DNA from: Eledone cirrhosa
Lineage: Eukaryota
Length of the DNA: 64,000 nt
Direction: 5' to 3'
NCBI GenBank assembly: GCA_964016885.1
Contig: OZ024750.1
Location: 4,774,001-4,838,000, forward strand
Positions 1 through 12,610 of this stretch are shown here, piece by piece. A model generated the notes under the pieces. The model was not told the DNA's origin. It saw nothing but the letters and a program-made list of their open reading frames with translations, and made no database searches. The translations under genes were made by a program, and so were the position numbers. Positions within the stretch are counted from its first letter, which is position 1; every line of letters starts with the position of its first letter.

Positions 1-200
1 ATATACTATTGTATTTTCACAGTAAAGACTTTATCTTACATAATTATCTCACATAATATCAAATCTATGAGATTTTGACATTATTTATTTTGAGAACAAT
101 AACTTAACGTCGTTATGAACAGCCAGTTACAGCCGGTTTGAACAGAAAGGGGTGAGAGAATTCTAGCCAGATAGAGCCAGTTTAAATGCTAAAGGGTTAA
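1..200. mobile_element. piggyBac-type MITE family A, left end cut by window edge
   Basis: Ends TAAATGCTAAAGGGTTAA; body matches full-length copies at 21023-21241 and 28096-28311. Confidence 0.75.
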
Positions 201-662
201 TTCAGCCTCCTAAAAACAGCCCTGAGATATTTGAACTTCTCCATCTGCTTCACATACAGAGAATAATTAGTAACCCAGATAACAATTACTGACTTCTTGG
301 AAACCTAGTTCAACAATGGGAAACTGGTTATTTTAATATGTAGAAATTTATCTTAATACCTCCCATCATAATATTATGCAAGAATCTTTGTTAAGTTATG
401 TTCCAATCATCAATTTGGAAATGACAAAGTTAGTTATATTACTAAATCTTTCTGAATTCGTCATTATTTTCAAAATGATTTCACAACGATAGGAAATGCT
501 ATTCATTAGAAATATGGCATTGAAAGGGTTAAATGAAATCTATTTTAGTCTGACCTATGCATATTCCTGAAGCTATTATTTCAACCAATTCCAGATGAAT
601 AACATTCTTTATGCCATCCATTATTTCAAGAGATAAAGAGAGGAATGCTTGGTGCAACTTAC

Positions 663-785
663 ATCAGATGCCATAGAGGAATTCCGACTATCTGCATGTA
701 TTACCTCATTAAATGTCGTATTCCTTTTGGTCTCTAAGGCAATCTTGTCACTATCATCTTCATCATCAAGTGAATCTCCAGTGCT
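663..785 (-). CDS. PAWR: PAWR/Par-4 second coding exon (41 aa, STGDSLDDEDDSDKIALETKRNTTFNEVIHADSRNSSMASD)
   Basis: Acceptor TTTCAG (AG at 787-786), donor GTAAGT (662-657), 123 nt, phase 0 at both ends. Joins exon 1 in frame to give RRSTGVVHLPSTE-STGDSLDDEDD, paralleling human RRSTGVVNIPAAE-CLDEYEDDE...NT. Confidence 0.8.
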
Positions 786-804
786 CTGAAAGATATAATA
801 ATAA

Positions 805-1420
805 TATGTGGAATATAAAAACAGAAACAATACCTATAATAATAGGTGCTCTAGGAATGATAAAAAAACATCCAGAGAAATACATAACCAAAACCCCAGG
901 ACTTACAAATATATACAACATACAGAAGATAGCACTACTAGGTACTGTATATATATTATATAGAGTACCACAGGACTTACAAATATATACAGCATACAGA
1001 AGATAGCACTACTAGGTACTGTATATATATTATATAGAGTACCACAGGACTTACAAATATATACAGCATACAGAAGATAACACTACTAGGTACTGTATAT
1101 ATATATTATATAGAGTACCACAGGACTTACAAATATATACAGCATACAGAAGATAGCACTACTAGGTACTGTATATATATTATATAGAGTACCACAGGAC
1201 TTACAAATATATACAGCATACAGAAGATAACACTACTAGGTACTGTATATATATTATATAGAGTACCACAGGACTTACAAATATATACAGCATACAGAAG
1301 ATAGCACTACTAAGTACTGCACACAGATTAGGAAAAGTACTATCAATACAATAGAAACTGCACATACCCAAGGTGCACAGAGCTGTGCTCGGTAAAGCAG
1401 TAATGATGCGCAATAAAAAT
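805..1420 (+). mobile_element. 3' fragment of R4/Dong-like non-LTR retrotransposon (restriction-like endonuclease C-terminus), with internal tandem amplification
   Basis: Translation MWNIKTETIPIIIGALGMIKK...NIQKIALLGT...AHRLGKVLSIQ* matches the MW..IPIVIGALG..QK.ALLGTA.ILR.VL C-terminus of R4-clade elements. Preceded by (TAA)n and followed by AATAAA. Confidence 0.7.
897..1320 (+). repeat. Minisatellite, ~6 x 74-76 bp
   Basis: GGACTTACAAATATATACA recurs at 899, 973, 1047, 1123, 1197, 1271. Confidence 0.95.
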
Positions 1421-1779
1421 ATTTCTTATATAGGCACAAGGCCATCAATTTTGGGGAAGGGGAAAGTCGATTAAATCAACCCCAGTGCGTGACAGGTACT
1501 TTATTTTATCGGGACACTGCATCCTTCAAAACTTCCATGCTTCCCAAAATTCGCCAACACTCCACCTGATATTCCACTCTCCATACACACGCACACATGT
1601 GTGTGTGTCTGTCTGTGTGTATATTATGACTCATACACTTGACTTTCCTGACATTTCTACATTATTCTATGTACTATATATGCACCTTTGATGAGTTGTA
1701 GTGCACCTGAGCACTGTACACAATAATTGTATATTTAATTTCATGTAAGGACCTTTAAGTTATATTCTAAACACCAACT

Positions 1780-1955
1780 AAATAATTGTTTCTACTTTTT
1801 GGGCACAAGGCCAGCAATTATCCCAGTGCATTACTGGTACTTTATTTTATTGACTCTGTAAAGATGAAAGACAAAGTTAACCTCGGTGGGATTTGAACCC
1901 AGGACGTAAAGGGCCATAACTCTATGCTGTAAAGCATGGTGTCTGACGCTCTACT
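1780..1955 (-). mobile_element. tRNA-derived SINE family 1 (degenerate copy)
   Basis: Reverse complement of B-box GGTTCAAATCC, the CTTTCATC...ATAAAATAAAGTACCAGT body and the GGCCTTGTGCC...TAGAAACAATTA tail. Confidence 0.75.
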
Positions 1956-2292
1956 GTGAAAGTTAGATCCTTCCATATTCTTGATTATTTAAAAAGTTAT
2001 TTGAAAACCATGGACAACCTTTCATTAGAAATATAGTAAGAGAAGGGTTAAACTGAAGTAAAGAAATTACGTAAAAATGTGAATATGCAAATTAAAGTTG
2101 TTACTGACTCAGAAAGGTATGCCATGACATAAAAGCAGTTAATTACTTAACGAGTCGTTATGTCTAAAGTAGAAAATATCAGTGAAGACATTTTCTAATA
2201 AAGTTCTAAAGTCTGACGTCACCGAGCAGTAAATTACACACGGCAAGGTAATTTGTTTCAGATAAAGGAATTTTACATATTAAAACAATACA

Positions 2293-2460
2293 CCGTATTT
2301 CCTGGCGCCGAAGACGCTTCGTCCTCAAGGATGTACCCTAATTTTGACAGACAAAAACTTGAAAAAAAATAATAAACAACCTTCGGCCTCCAGGACACAT
2401 GGTAGATTTTTGAGACTTATTTTAGGGGAAAAGTTGAGTCTTTGACGCCTGGAAATACAG
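2293..2460. mobile_element. Tc1/mariner(pogo)-type MITE
   Basis: Terminal inverted repeats CCGTATTTCCTGGCG / CGCCTGGAAATACAG followed by TA. Confidence 0.6.
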
Positions 2461-3642
2461 TACTTTATCTAACCCATGCTAGCATGTAAAAATGGACATT
2501 AAACAGTGATGATGATGATGATAACACTTGCATATAAGTCATAACTCCATTTCTACATACTACATCTAAAATGTACCATGTTATTTTGAATTGAGATTGT
2601 GTAGGTCCACTAGTTATCAGTCACAACTCCTGGCAGAGGTAAGAAGCTAATCTTCAGATTGGACCAAGGAAGCAATGTTTCCATTAGTCTTTCCACTTCT
2701 GATACTATCTATCAGTTACTACTCCTGGCTGATGCCTCACTGCTTTTCTGGTGACAGGGGTCAGGATTTGAACTCAAAACACACATAAGCTACAACAAAT
2801 ACTGCAAAGCATTCTGTCCAATTCTTTAACAATTCCACCAATTCACACTCCTTAAAAGAATACTTTATTTTATTGACCCCAAAAGTATGAAAGGCAAGGT
2901 TGAACTCTGAGTGCAAAGCGACTGAGCAACTATGAAAGTATTTATTCTGACATGCTAAAAACTCTGCCAAGATTATATACAATGTTGAAGAGGTGACAAT
3001 AATTATTTGATAAAAGATGACATCCATAGTTTAAATGTTATAGGATGTAAAACAGACAAAAGATTTGTCCAAATACATGATTTAAAAATAATGTTGGAAC
3101 TACAAACAAACAAATTTCAAACAATAATTTTTTTTTGGTGTTCAGAAATAAATCAGTGATAAACTATTCTTATCTGACATTAAGAGAAAAATGTGAATTT
3201 TTAATAATTTATTGTGAGAGTGGCATTGTGTAATTACCATTGTGTAATCACCATTGTGTAATTACCATTGAACAAAATAATCAGATGACTATATTAACAG
3301 AAAATATGTTATGTAAAACTATGAAAGTGGGAGAAATTTTAACAGGAATATTATATATGTATGAACATGATGCATATATACACACACACACACACGTATA
3401 TATGTGTGTGTGTGTGTATATGCATTCTTTCCAATTTTGTCCACTGTAAAGTGGTCATGTAGGAGACTTGGTAAAAAGGTTCCCAGTCCACACTGTAAAT
3501 GTGGTTGGTGTTAACAAGGGCATCCAGCCATAGATCACTTAAATTATCTAACTTAGCAGATCTAGTTATCTGTTCCTGTTATACTTGATCATTATATAAA
3601 GCCTTTAGCAGTTTATTTCTTCATGGATTGCAAGAGGTGTAC

Positions 3643-3692
3643 ATAGCTTCTGATGATGAACCCAACAGGGACTGAAACCTTAGTCAAGTTGT
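3643..3692 (+). ncRNA. Type I hammerhead ribozyme-like motif
   Basis: ATAGCTT-CTGATGA-(CCC AACA GGG stem II, poor base)-GAAA-C CTTA G-TC-AAGTTGT. Stem I pairs 7 bp including GU; GUC cleavage triplet. Confidence 0.5.
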
Positions 3693-4399
3693 ATATATGT
3701 GTGTCTGTGTCACCATAACTAAGCAGTTCTACAAAATGAGATTGAAAAACTAAGTACAAAGGTCAATGTGATTGCTTAGATCTCTTCAAGGTAGTGCTCC
3801 AGTATGGCTAGAGTCTGACTGAAAAGTGTAAGAGAGGAATAATCACCTATGCAAATTCCATTCATTAATTACCAGTGTCATTATGTCAGGTAATGACTGA
3901 GAGAACTTTATTGACACACTAGCTTAATCTTTCTCCTACAGACATGGCTACATACATACAGACAGACAGACCTGGCTATATACATACATAGATACATACA
4001 CACATACATACTTGCATACATACATGGCTATATACATACATAGTGTGAGAATATATATATATGTATATACATACATACACACATTCTTGAAATGCCTAAC
4101 AACACTCAAAACCTTGACACATTGTCTTGGGTCATTGGTTTGTCATATTATTTCTAAAGAAGCAATTTTTTTCCCATAAAAACAGGTGAAATATTTATTG
4201 TAAATGTGACACATTCAAGTGAAGAGGGTACAGTGCCCACAATTGTTGTAGTCTTCCCATCTACCCAGGTAAAGGAAGGACAGTTCTCTTGATTATTGTA
4301 GTTCTATAATGAAGAGGGGACAGTGCTCACAATCCATGTAGTCTACCCCACCCCCATCTCACAGGTGTTGTTGATCTTTAATTCAATCCTTTCTCTAAG

Positions 4400-4582
4400 A
4401 TAATTGTTTCTACTTTTGGCACAAGGCCAGCAATTATCACAGTGTATTACTGGTACTTTATTTTATCAACCCCGTAAGGATGAAAAGCAAAGTTAACTTC
4501 GGCGAGATTTGAACTCAGACCATAAAGGGGCGTAACTCTTTGCTGGAAACCATGGCGTCCGACCCTCTACCGTTACTGCCAA
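4400..4582 (-). mobile_element. tRNA-derived SINE family 1, near full length
   Basis: Minus strand reads TGGCAGTAACGGTAG (A box)...GAGTTCAAATC (B box)...tail TAGAAACAATTA. Confidence 0.8.
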
Positions 4583-4614
4583 AACTCTACTTCAGTATTG
4601 GGTACTCCTTTCTC

Positions 4615-4896
4615 TCATATATACATACATATACATATATACATACATATACATACATTTATATATACATACATACATACATATATATATATATACATAC
4701 ATATATATATACATACATATATATATACATACATATATATATATATACATATATATATACATACATATATATATATATACATATATATATACATACATAT
4801 ATATATATATACATATATATATACATACATATATATATATATACATATATATATACATACATATATATATACATACATATATATATATATACATAC

Positions 4897-4927
<31 letters not shown>

Positions 4928-4980
4928 CATATATATATATACATATATATATATACATATATATATATACATATATACAT
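4615..4980. repeat. (TA)n/(TACA)n compound microsatellite
   Basis: Direct reading; explains the spurious YI/HT ORFs. Confidence 0.95.
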
Positions 4981-5454
4981 GTGGGTAAGGGGTACTATTA
5001 TGACTATTGTCGAAATACCACCACTACTACCAACACTGTTACAACTACCACCACTACTACCAACACTGTTACAACTACCACCACTACTACCAACACTGTT
5101 ACAACTACCACCACTACCACCACCACTTCTACAACTTCCACCACTACCACTCCCGCCACCACTCTATTTCATTTAGTCATGTTTTATTGACTGTACAACA
5201 TTCTAGACTTTTGATAAAAATTAATACATCATTAATTAATAATTAATTAGTATCTCTGTGCATAGTTCAGTGGAGTTATAAAACCTACTGCCTCTAAATG
5301 GATAATGGGACAGCTAGAAATAGCAGCTAAACCTTCCTAAAATTCCTTGCCACTGCTTTAACACTTTTCATACCAAATGGCTTGAAACCACTCTTGGTCA
5401 TTTGATACAAAACTGTTTTGTTTTAAAAGTGATTATTTTCTAAATCCAGAGAGA

Positions 5455-5830
5455 CTTCATGTAAGTAGTTGATAGCTTCTGTTACCTAGGTGATATAATT
5501 AGCAGTGGAGACAGTAGCTCTAAAAGAATAGTAACTAGGATAAGAACTGGATGGAAAAAGTTCAGGGAGTTACTACCTCTGTTGAGAACAAAAGGTTTCT
5601 CTATGGATGAAAGGCTGGCTGTACAATGCCTTCATGCAGAGTGCAGTGTTGCATGAGAGTGAAACGTAGGCAGTGAATGCAGAGGATGTGTACAGGCTAG
5701 AGAGAAATGAAGTATGTATGCTTTGATGAATGTGAGACATTAATGTACTTAAACAGTAAAACATGGCTGAGCTGAAGGAAAAACTGGGTATAACAGAGAT
5801 TAGATGTTGTGTGCTAGAGAGAAGACTGTA
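5455..5830 (+). mobile_element. Degraded RTE-clade LINE, ORF 3' region
   Basis: Translation VVDSFCYLGDIISSG...RIRTGWKKFRELLPLL...LHESET*AVNAEDVYRLERNE, typical of RTE post-RT sequence; contains stops. Confidence 0.85.
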
Positions 5831-7160
5831 CTGGTGTAAGAGGTATTAGATGTTGTGTGCTAGAGAGAAGACTGTACTGGTGTAAGAGGGATTAGATGTT
5901 GTGTGTAAGAGAGAAGACTGTACTGGTGTAAGAGGGATTAGATGTTGTGTGCAAGAGAGAAGACTGTACTGGTATAACAGAGATTAGATGTTGTGTGCTA
6001 GAGAGAAGACTGTACAGGTGTAAGAGGGATTAGATGTTGTGTGTAAGAGAGAAGACTGTACTGGTGTAAGAGGGATTAGATGTTGTGTGTAAGAGAGAAG
6101 ACTGTACAGGTGTAAGAGGGATTAGATGTTGTGTGTAAGAGAGAAGACTGTACAGGTGTAAGAGGGATTAGATGTTGTGTGTTAAAGAGAAGACTGTACA
6201 GGTGTAAGAGGGATTAGATGTTGTGTGTAAGAGAGAAGACTGTACTGGTGTAAGAGGGATTAGATGTTGTGTGTTAAAGAGAAGACTGTACTGGTGTAAG
6301 AGGGATTAGATGTTGTGTGTTAAAGAGAAGACTGTACAGGTGTAAGAGGTATTAGATGTTGTGTGTAAGAGAGAAGACTGTACTGGTGTAAGAGGGATTA
6401 GATGTTGTGTGTTAAAGAGAAGACTGTACAGGTGTAAGAGGGATTAGATGTTGTGTGTAAGAGAGAAGACTGTACTGGTGTAAGAGGGATTAGATGTGTG
6501 TAAGAGAGAAGACTGTACAGGTGTAAGAGGGATTAGATGTTGTGTGTTAAAGAGAAGACTGTACAGGTGTAAGAGGGATTAGATGTTGTGTGTAAGAGAG
6601 AAGACTGTACTGGTGTAAGAGGGATTAGATGTTGTGTGTTAAAGAGAAGACTGTACAGGTGTAAGGGATTAGATGTTGTGTGTAAGAGAGAAGACTGTAC
6701 TGGTGTAAGAGGGATTAGATGTTGTGTGTAAGAGAGAAGACTGTACTGGTGTAAGAGGGATTAGATGTTGTGTGCTAGAGAGAAGACTGTACTGGTGTAA
6801 GAGGTATTAGATGTTGTGTGTAAGAGAGAAGACTGTACTGGTGTAAGAGGGATTAGATGTTGTGTGTTAAAGAGAAGACTGTACAGGTGTAAGAGGGATT
6901 AGATGTTGTGTGTAAGAGAGAAGACTGTACTGGTGTAAGAGGGATTAGATGTTGTGTGTAAGAGAGAAGACTGTACAGGTGTAAGAGGGATTAGATGTTG
7001 TGTGTTAAAGAGAAGACTGTACAGGTGTAAGAGGGATTAGATGTTGTGTGTTAAAGAGAAGACTGTACAGGTGTAAGAGGGATTAGATGTTGTGTGTAAG
7101 AGAGAAGACTGTACAGGTGTAAGAGGGATTAGATGTTGTGTGTAAGAGAGAAGACTGTAG
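5787..7160 (+). repeat. Minisatellite, ~30 x 46 bp, derived from RTE ORF
   Basis: Unit GTAAGAGGGATTAGATGTTGTGTGTAAGAGAGAAGACTGTAC(T/A)GGT. Confidence 0.95.
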
Positions 7161-8407
7161 TGTAAAAAAAAGCACCATCACATAGTGCTTTTTGGGTGAA
7201 GAACGGACAGGAAATCCTAGTGGCAGGAAGCTGCAGTAGAAGAAGACCAAAGAAAAACCTGCTGCAGCTCACACCTATGCAAGTTTAGCTGACCTCATGC
7301 AAATTTGTATCTCAAAGGAGGTTTCTGAAATGTTTTAATGATAGGGTACCCAGCCTTTCATGTTGCTACCTGACAGTGAAGATGAAGAAGAAAGACAAGT
7401 GGAGAGAGGTTGTAATGAAAAAGACCTGTTCAACCCACTCAGGCATGGAAAAGCAGACATAAAAGGATGATAAAGATGATGGTCACATACATATACACAT
7501 ATACAATCATAAAAATGCATAGTCGTGTATCTATATACACACACAGACCCACCTACACACACACACAGATTAACCCATTGAAACTGATAGATTGATCTTA
7601 AGTAATGTATATAAATATTTAATGTGGACAACTGGAGGAGTGGGATGTGATATCGGAGACAATATATATATCGATACATAAATACATGTATATGTATATA
7701 TGTGTGTATATATATCAAATGGAGGCAGTGAAAACCAGTTAGACCATTACTTACTCACCAGAGTACTTGATACTTAGGGTAGTAGAGTGGGTAATATGAA
7801 AAATTCAGGACCCCGACGGCTGAGCTCCAGTCATTTCAATATATATTTATACACACGCATTCCTCTTCCTCTTTGGATATGAAAACCTCTTGATTGATGA
7901 GTGTATAACAGACACAACAATCATATTTTAGGCACAGGGTGTATATAGCCAGCTGTATAACTGACATAACCATCATATCCATGTATAGTGTATAGACAGG
8001 CAGACAGACAGATAGATAGATAAATAGATATGTCTATTAGCCACAGGGGCACAAAGAAGGGGACAAATACAAAGGGGGAAGTTTACATACAATAAAAACG
8101 TATAAAATGCTATCACAAATGCAATTTAAAAATTAAATAGATAGATAGATGGATAGACAGACAGACAGACAGACAGACAGTCAGTCAGATAGACAGACAG
8201 TCAGATAGATTGATCAATGCCATTGTTATTTAGTGGCTATATAATAATGATTAAAGACAATACAATGATGTCTGAAGTGACAGGAGGAAGAAGGTCAAAG
8301 GAAATTGTGGAGTCAAACATATTTACATAAAATGGTGCAATCAAGGAATTATTTAATCAATGTTTTTTACTATAAACACTTATGTTTAATGGGTACTAAT
8401 GCTACTC

Positions 8408-8496
<89 letters not shown>

Positions 8497-8647
8497 GATG
8501 ATGAAGATATATATATATGTGATGATGATATATAGAAATTATATTACTGAAATTACTCTGACGTATGTATGTATGTATATCATCATCATCACCGTTTAAT
8601 GTCCATTTTCCAGCTAGAATACTGTTGCTTCTCTGACGTGTGTATGT

Positions 8648-8686
<39 letters not shown>

Positions 8687-9960
8687 ATGTATATATTACA
8701 AAATGTTTTGAAGTCCATGAAAAGGTCAGTGACATATTTAATAAGCTATATTGTAGTTTCAGTTCTATCATTTTAGCTAAAACTTCCCCCTCACTAAAGT
8801 ATTGTTTACTATCATCCTGTCGGCAGATGTCTTTCACTTCATATTAAATAACTGACACCTTTTTTTTTTTATTTTGCCATAAAATTGTTCAAACATTACT
8901 CTTTTATTGTTAACTTATTTAGGCATTTTAATAGATTCTAACTCATCTCTGACCATATTGCCAGCAAGAATATCTTGCATTTGTGTTTAAATTTTCAGTT
9001 GGTGGTCAAATAGAGGCAAAATAGGATAAAGAGAGGTCCCTTTAGTTTTGACACAAACATGACAACTTCTCTGGTACTTGTCCCAGGGCGGGATTTACCT
9101 AACTCATCAGAAAACACCTCAATTTATAGAAATATTGACATAGTTGTTGTCAATGTGTGAAGGAGTGCAAGTCCCTAGCAGGCTTGAAAAGCCATGTCCA
9201 AGCATCACACATCTGACAAGCGATTGCAATAGTCTTAGCAGAGTTTGCAGCAATCATATATATATATTTATGATGGCTGCCCCCTCGTTATCAAGTATGG
9301 CCATTGCACGATATAGCATTATTAATAATTATCAATTAATGCTATCGTGCAATGCCTGTGCATGAAGATTTTTTTTAAAGTGAGGAAAGACTGTGCACTG
9401 AGCCAATCCCACTCTCTGAGCGACAGTAGCTATAACTCGAAAAGAAGAAAAGATCAACGTCATCGGTAACTACTGAGCCGCAGGTTTTATGTCGGAGTTA
9501 TCCCAGTTTCCCGAGTTGCCTTCTAGAAGAATACCCTGACAGTATATATATATTTACACACACACACAATAAAATACACCCACTGTACTCTGTAAAGTGG
9601 TTGGTGATCAACAACAAAATAAAATGGAGAAGTCTTTTTAGTCTTGCGGAGGACATGAGAACGTCTCTAGTACTGGCACCACAATAAAATACACCCAATA
9701 CACTCTGTAAAGTGGTCATGTTGGTGCTATAATAAAATGTACTTTGTATACTGTTAAAGTAGTTGGCATCAGACAAGATAGGACAGAGAAAACCCTTTGG
9801 TCTTATCAAGGACTTGACAACCACTCAACTACTGGTGTCATGATAAAATACACCCAGTACGCACTCAGTAACATGGTTGGTGTTAGAATAGTGATCTAGC
9901 CATAGAAACCATAATTAATAAATTTCCTTGGTGCATGTGTGTATATATATATATATATAT

Positions 9961-10105
9961 CATCATCATCATCATTTAACGTCCATCTTCCACGCTAGCA
10001 TGGGTTTGGACGGGAATTTTCCCACTTGAGGCAAGATTGGTTGTCTTGCTCGTATAGGACTGTCTGGCGGATTTTTTACGGCTGGATGCCCTTCCTAACA
10101 CCATA
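9961..10105 (-). mobile_element. SINE family 2, 3' part with RTE-type tail ending (GAT)n. Other copies at ~13560-13833(+), 25405-25590(-), 26990-27130(+), 36610-36800(-), 49270-49660(+), 51612-51860(-)
   Basis: Shared GTTAGGAAGGGCATCCAGC...AACCCATGCTAGCGTGGAA..GGACGTTAAA.GATGATGAT; a related tail ends the RTE fragment at ~20400. Confidence 0.75.
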
Positions 10106-10739
10106 TATATAGACTCTGGAACTACCTGTTGAAACGGCAAGAGCTCAGCCGTCAGAGTCTCGATTCTTTCATATATATATATATATATATAAATGGCTTC
10201 TACAGATCTAGAACTGTTTCGTTCAGGAGAAATCATATTAAATATTTATATTCTGCTATTTATTGAGTACCTTACTTACTGTGGTTACCCCCAATTGAAC
10301 CCAGGATAAACATACATATATATATTTGTAGTAAGGTTGCTAGGATGCATCCATAGGCGGTATGCCAGTTGAGCACTCTATGCTGCTTCGGAGCAGAGTA
10401 ATAATAATATGGAAAACGAAGAATCAGTGATGCATCAAAACACAATTTATTACATAATGTGTTCCAATGCATCACTAATTCTTCGTTTTCCATATTATAT
10501 ATATATATATATATGTATATAACACATGCACATATATATGTTGAGGCATATCTTCCAGGCTAAAATAGATATAGACATCTAAATTGTTGTGTGAGAATCA
10601 AGAGATTTAGTCAATAATCCAGTAAATCTATAGCCAGGGTTAATATTAAACACTTCATTTTAATGTTAACACTTCTTAATACTAATCAGCTAGCTTTATA
10701 TACAGACATAATTACATCAACTGCTATACACACGTGTGT

Positions 10740-11404
10740 GTATATATATAAATATATATATATAGTGGTAAAAAAACAGGAGGTTATATGTGTATATATA
10801 TATATAAATATACATATATAGTGGTAAAAAAACGGGAGGTTATATGTGTATATATATAAATATATATATATAGTGGTAAAAAACGGGAGGTTATATGTGT
10901 ATATATATAAATATATATATATATAGTGGTAAAAAACGGGAGGTTATATGTGTATATATATAAATATATATATATATAGTGGTAAAAAACGGGAGGTTAT
11001 ATGTGTATATATATAAATATATATATATAGTGGTAAAAAACTGGGAGGTTATATGTGTATATATATATATATATAAATATACATATATAGTGGTAAAAAA
11101 CGGGAGGTTATATGTGTATATATATAAATATATAAATATAGTGGTAAAAAAACAGGAGGTTATATGTGTATATATATATATATATAAATATACATATATA
11201 GTGGTAAAAAACGGGAGGTTATATGTGTATATATATAAATATACATATATAGTGGTAAAAAACGGGAGGTTATATGTGTATATATATAAATATACATATA
11301 TAGTGGTAAAAAACGGGAGGTTATATGTGTATATATATAAATATATATATATATAGTGGTAAAAAAACAGGAGGTTATATATATAGTGGTAAAAAACTGA
11401 GAGG

Positions 11405-11438
<34 letters not shown>

Positions 11439-11460
11439 GTAAAAAACTGGGAGGTTATAT
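10740..11460 (+). repeat. Tandem array of AGTGGTAAAAAACGGGAGGTTATATGTG interleaved with variable (TA)n
   Basis: About 14 recurrences at ~50-bp spacing; the last unit runs into unique sequence at 11460. Confidence 0.9.
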
Positions 11461-11834
11461 CCAAAGTTGGTAGAGCACTGAGTCCAGAAGACGAGTTCAA
11501 TATAGAGTTAGTTCCACAACAAATTAGCAAACCCTACTCATGGCTTGGCTTCGCGAATGAAAATTATGAAGTGTGTGGTCCATATTGACTGCAGGCCTGG
11601 CCACAGTAGCCGCAGCTGAAGGTGGGGTCAGGGTCTGATGACTACTCTATATAGTAATAATAATAATAAGGAGTAAGAACAAGGTATCAATATAGTTTCA
11701 TTATGTTTATTCATGTGTGATGTGTGTTTTGTGATCAAGCAGCTTAAGCAACGATCGGTATTGATTGGACCTGACTCTGGAATCAATAGCTCATCAGACT
11801 TGTGGATTTCATAATGACAGAAGATATCTTGTCA

Positions 11835-12048
11835 TTAGCCTTTTAGCATTTACATTACTTTATATATACTATTATATTTTCATGGTAAAGACTTTATCTT
11901 TCATAATATCTCACATAATATAGAATCTATGAGATTTTGATGTTATTTATTTTCAGAACAATACCTTAACATCAGTATGAGTGGTTTGAAGAGAAAGAGG
12001 TGAGAGAATTCTGGCCAGATATGGCCGGTTTAAATGCTAAAGGGTTAA
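11835..12048. mobile_element. piggyBac-type MITE family A
   Basis: TTAGCCTTTTAGCATTTA...TAAATGCTAAAGGGTTAA. Confidence 0.75.
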
Positions 12049-12284
12049 GGAATTCACATGCTGGAGCACCTCCTTGAAGGGATTTAGTCAATCATATCAA
12101 ACCCAGGACCAAACTGACTTCCTCTGTGTTGACCTGTCCAACCCATGCCAGTATAGAGAAAAGGACATTAAATGAGGGTGATGATATATGTGTGTACTGT
12201 GGTGTATGTGTGTATTGTGTCTGTGTGTACTGTGTGTCTGTGTCTGTCTGTCTATGTAACATGATTAAGATTTCTGATACATTT

Positions 12285-12610
12285 ATAAATATAATGATCT
12301 AGTATGGCATGACATAATATATGATGGTCTTATGTGGCATGACATAATATATGATGGTCTTATGTGGCATGACATAATATATGATGGTCTTATGTGGTAT
12401 GACATAATATATGATGGTCTTATGTGGTATGACATAATATATGATGGTCTTATGTGGTATGACAATCATATGGCCTAATATGGTATGACATAATATATGA
12501 TGGCCTTATGTGGTATGACAATATCATTTGATGGTCTAATATGGTATGACATCATATGATGGCCTTATATGGTATGACAATATCATATGATAACCTAATA
12601 TGCCATGATA
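12285..12610. repeat. 30-bp minisatellite, degenerating rightwards
   Basis: Unit GACATAATATATGATGGTCTTATGTGG(C/T)AT. Confidence 0.9.

Noticed and set aside
4540-5246. Long ORFs (up to 216 aa) rich in YI/HT/T
   Set aside because: Translations of TA/TACA and ACC microsatellites; the same applies to ORFs at 8305-8847, 21930-23566, 42882-46166 and 62913-63253
10740-11460. Constant ~28-bp word separated by variable sequence, superficially CRISPR-like
   Set aside because: The spacers are only (TA)n variants, there are no cas genes, and the context is eukaryotic
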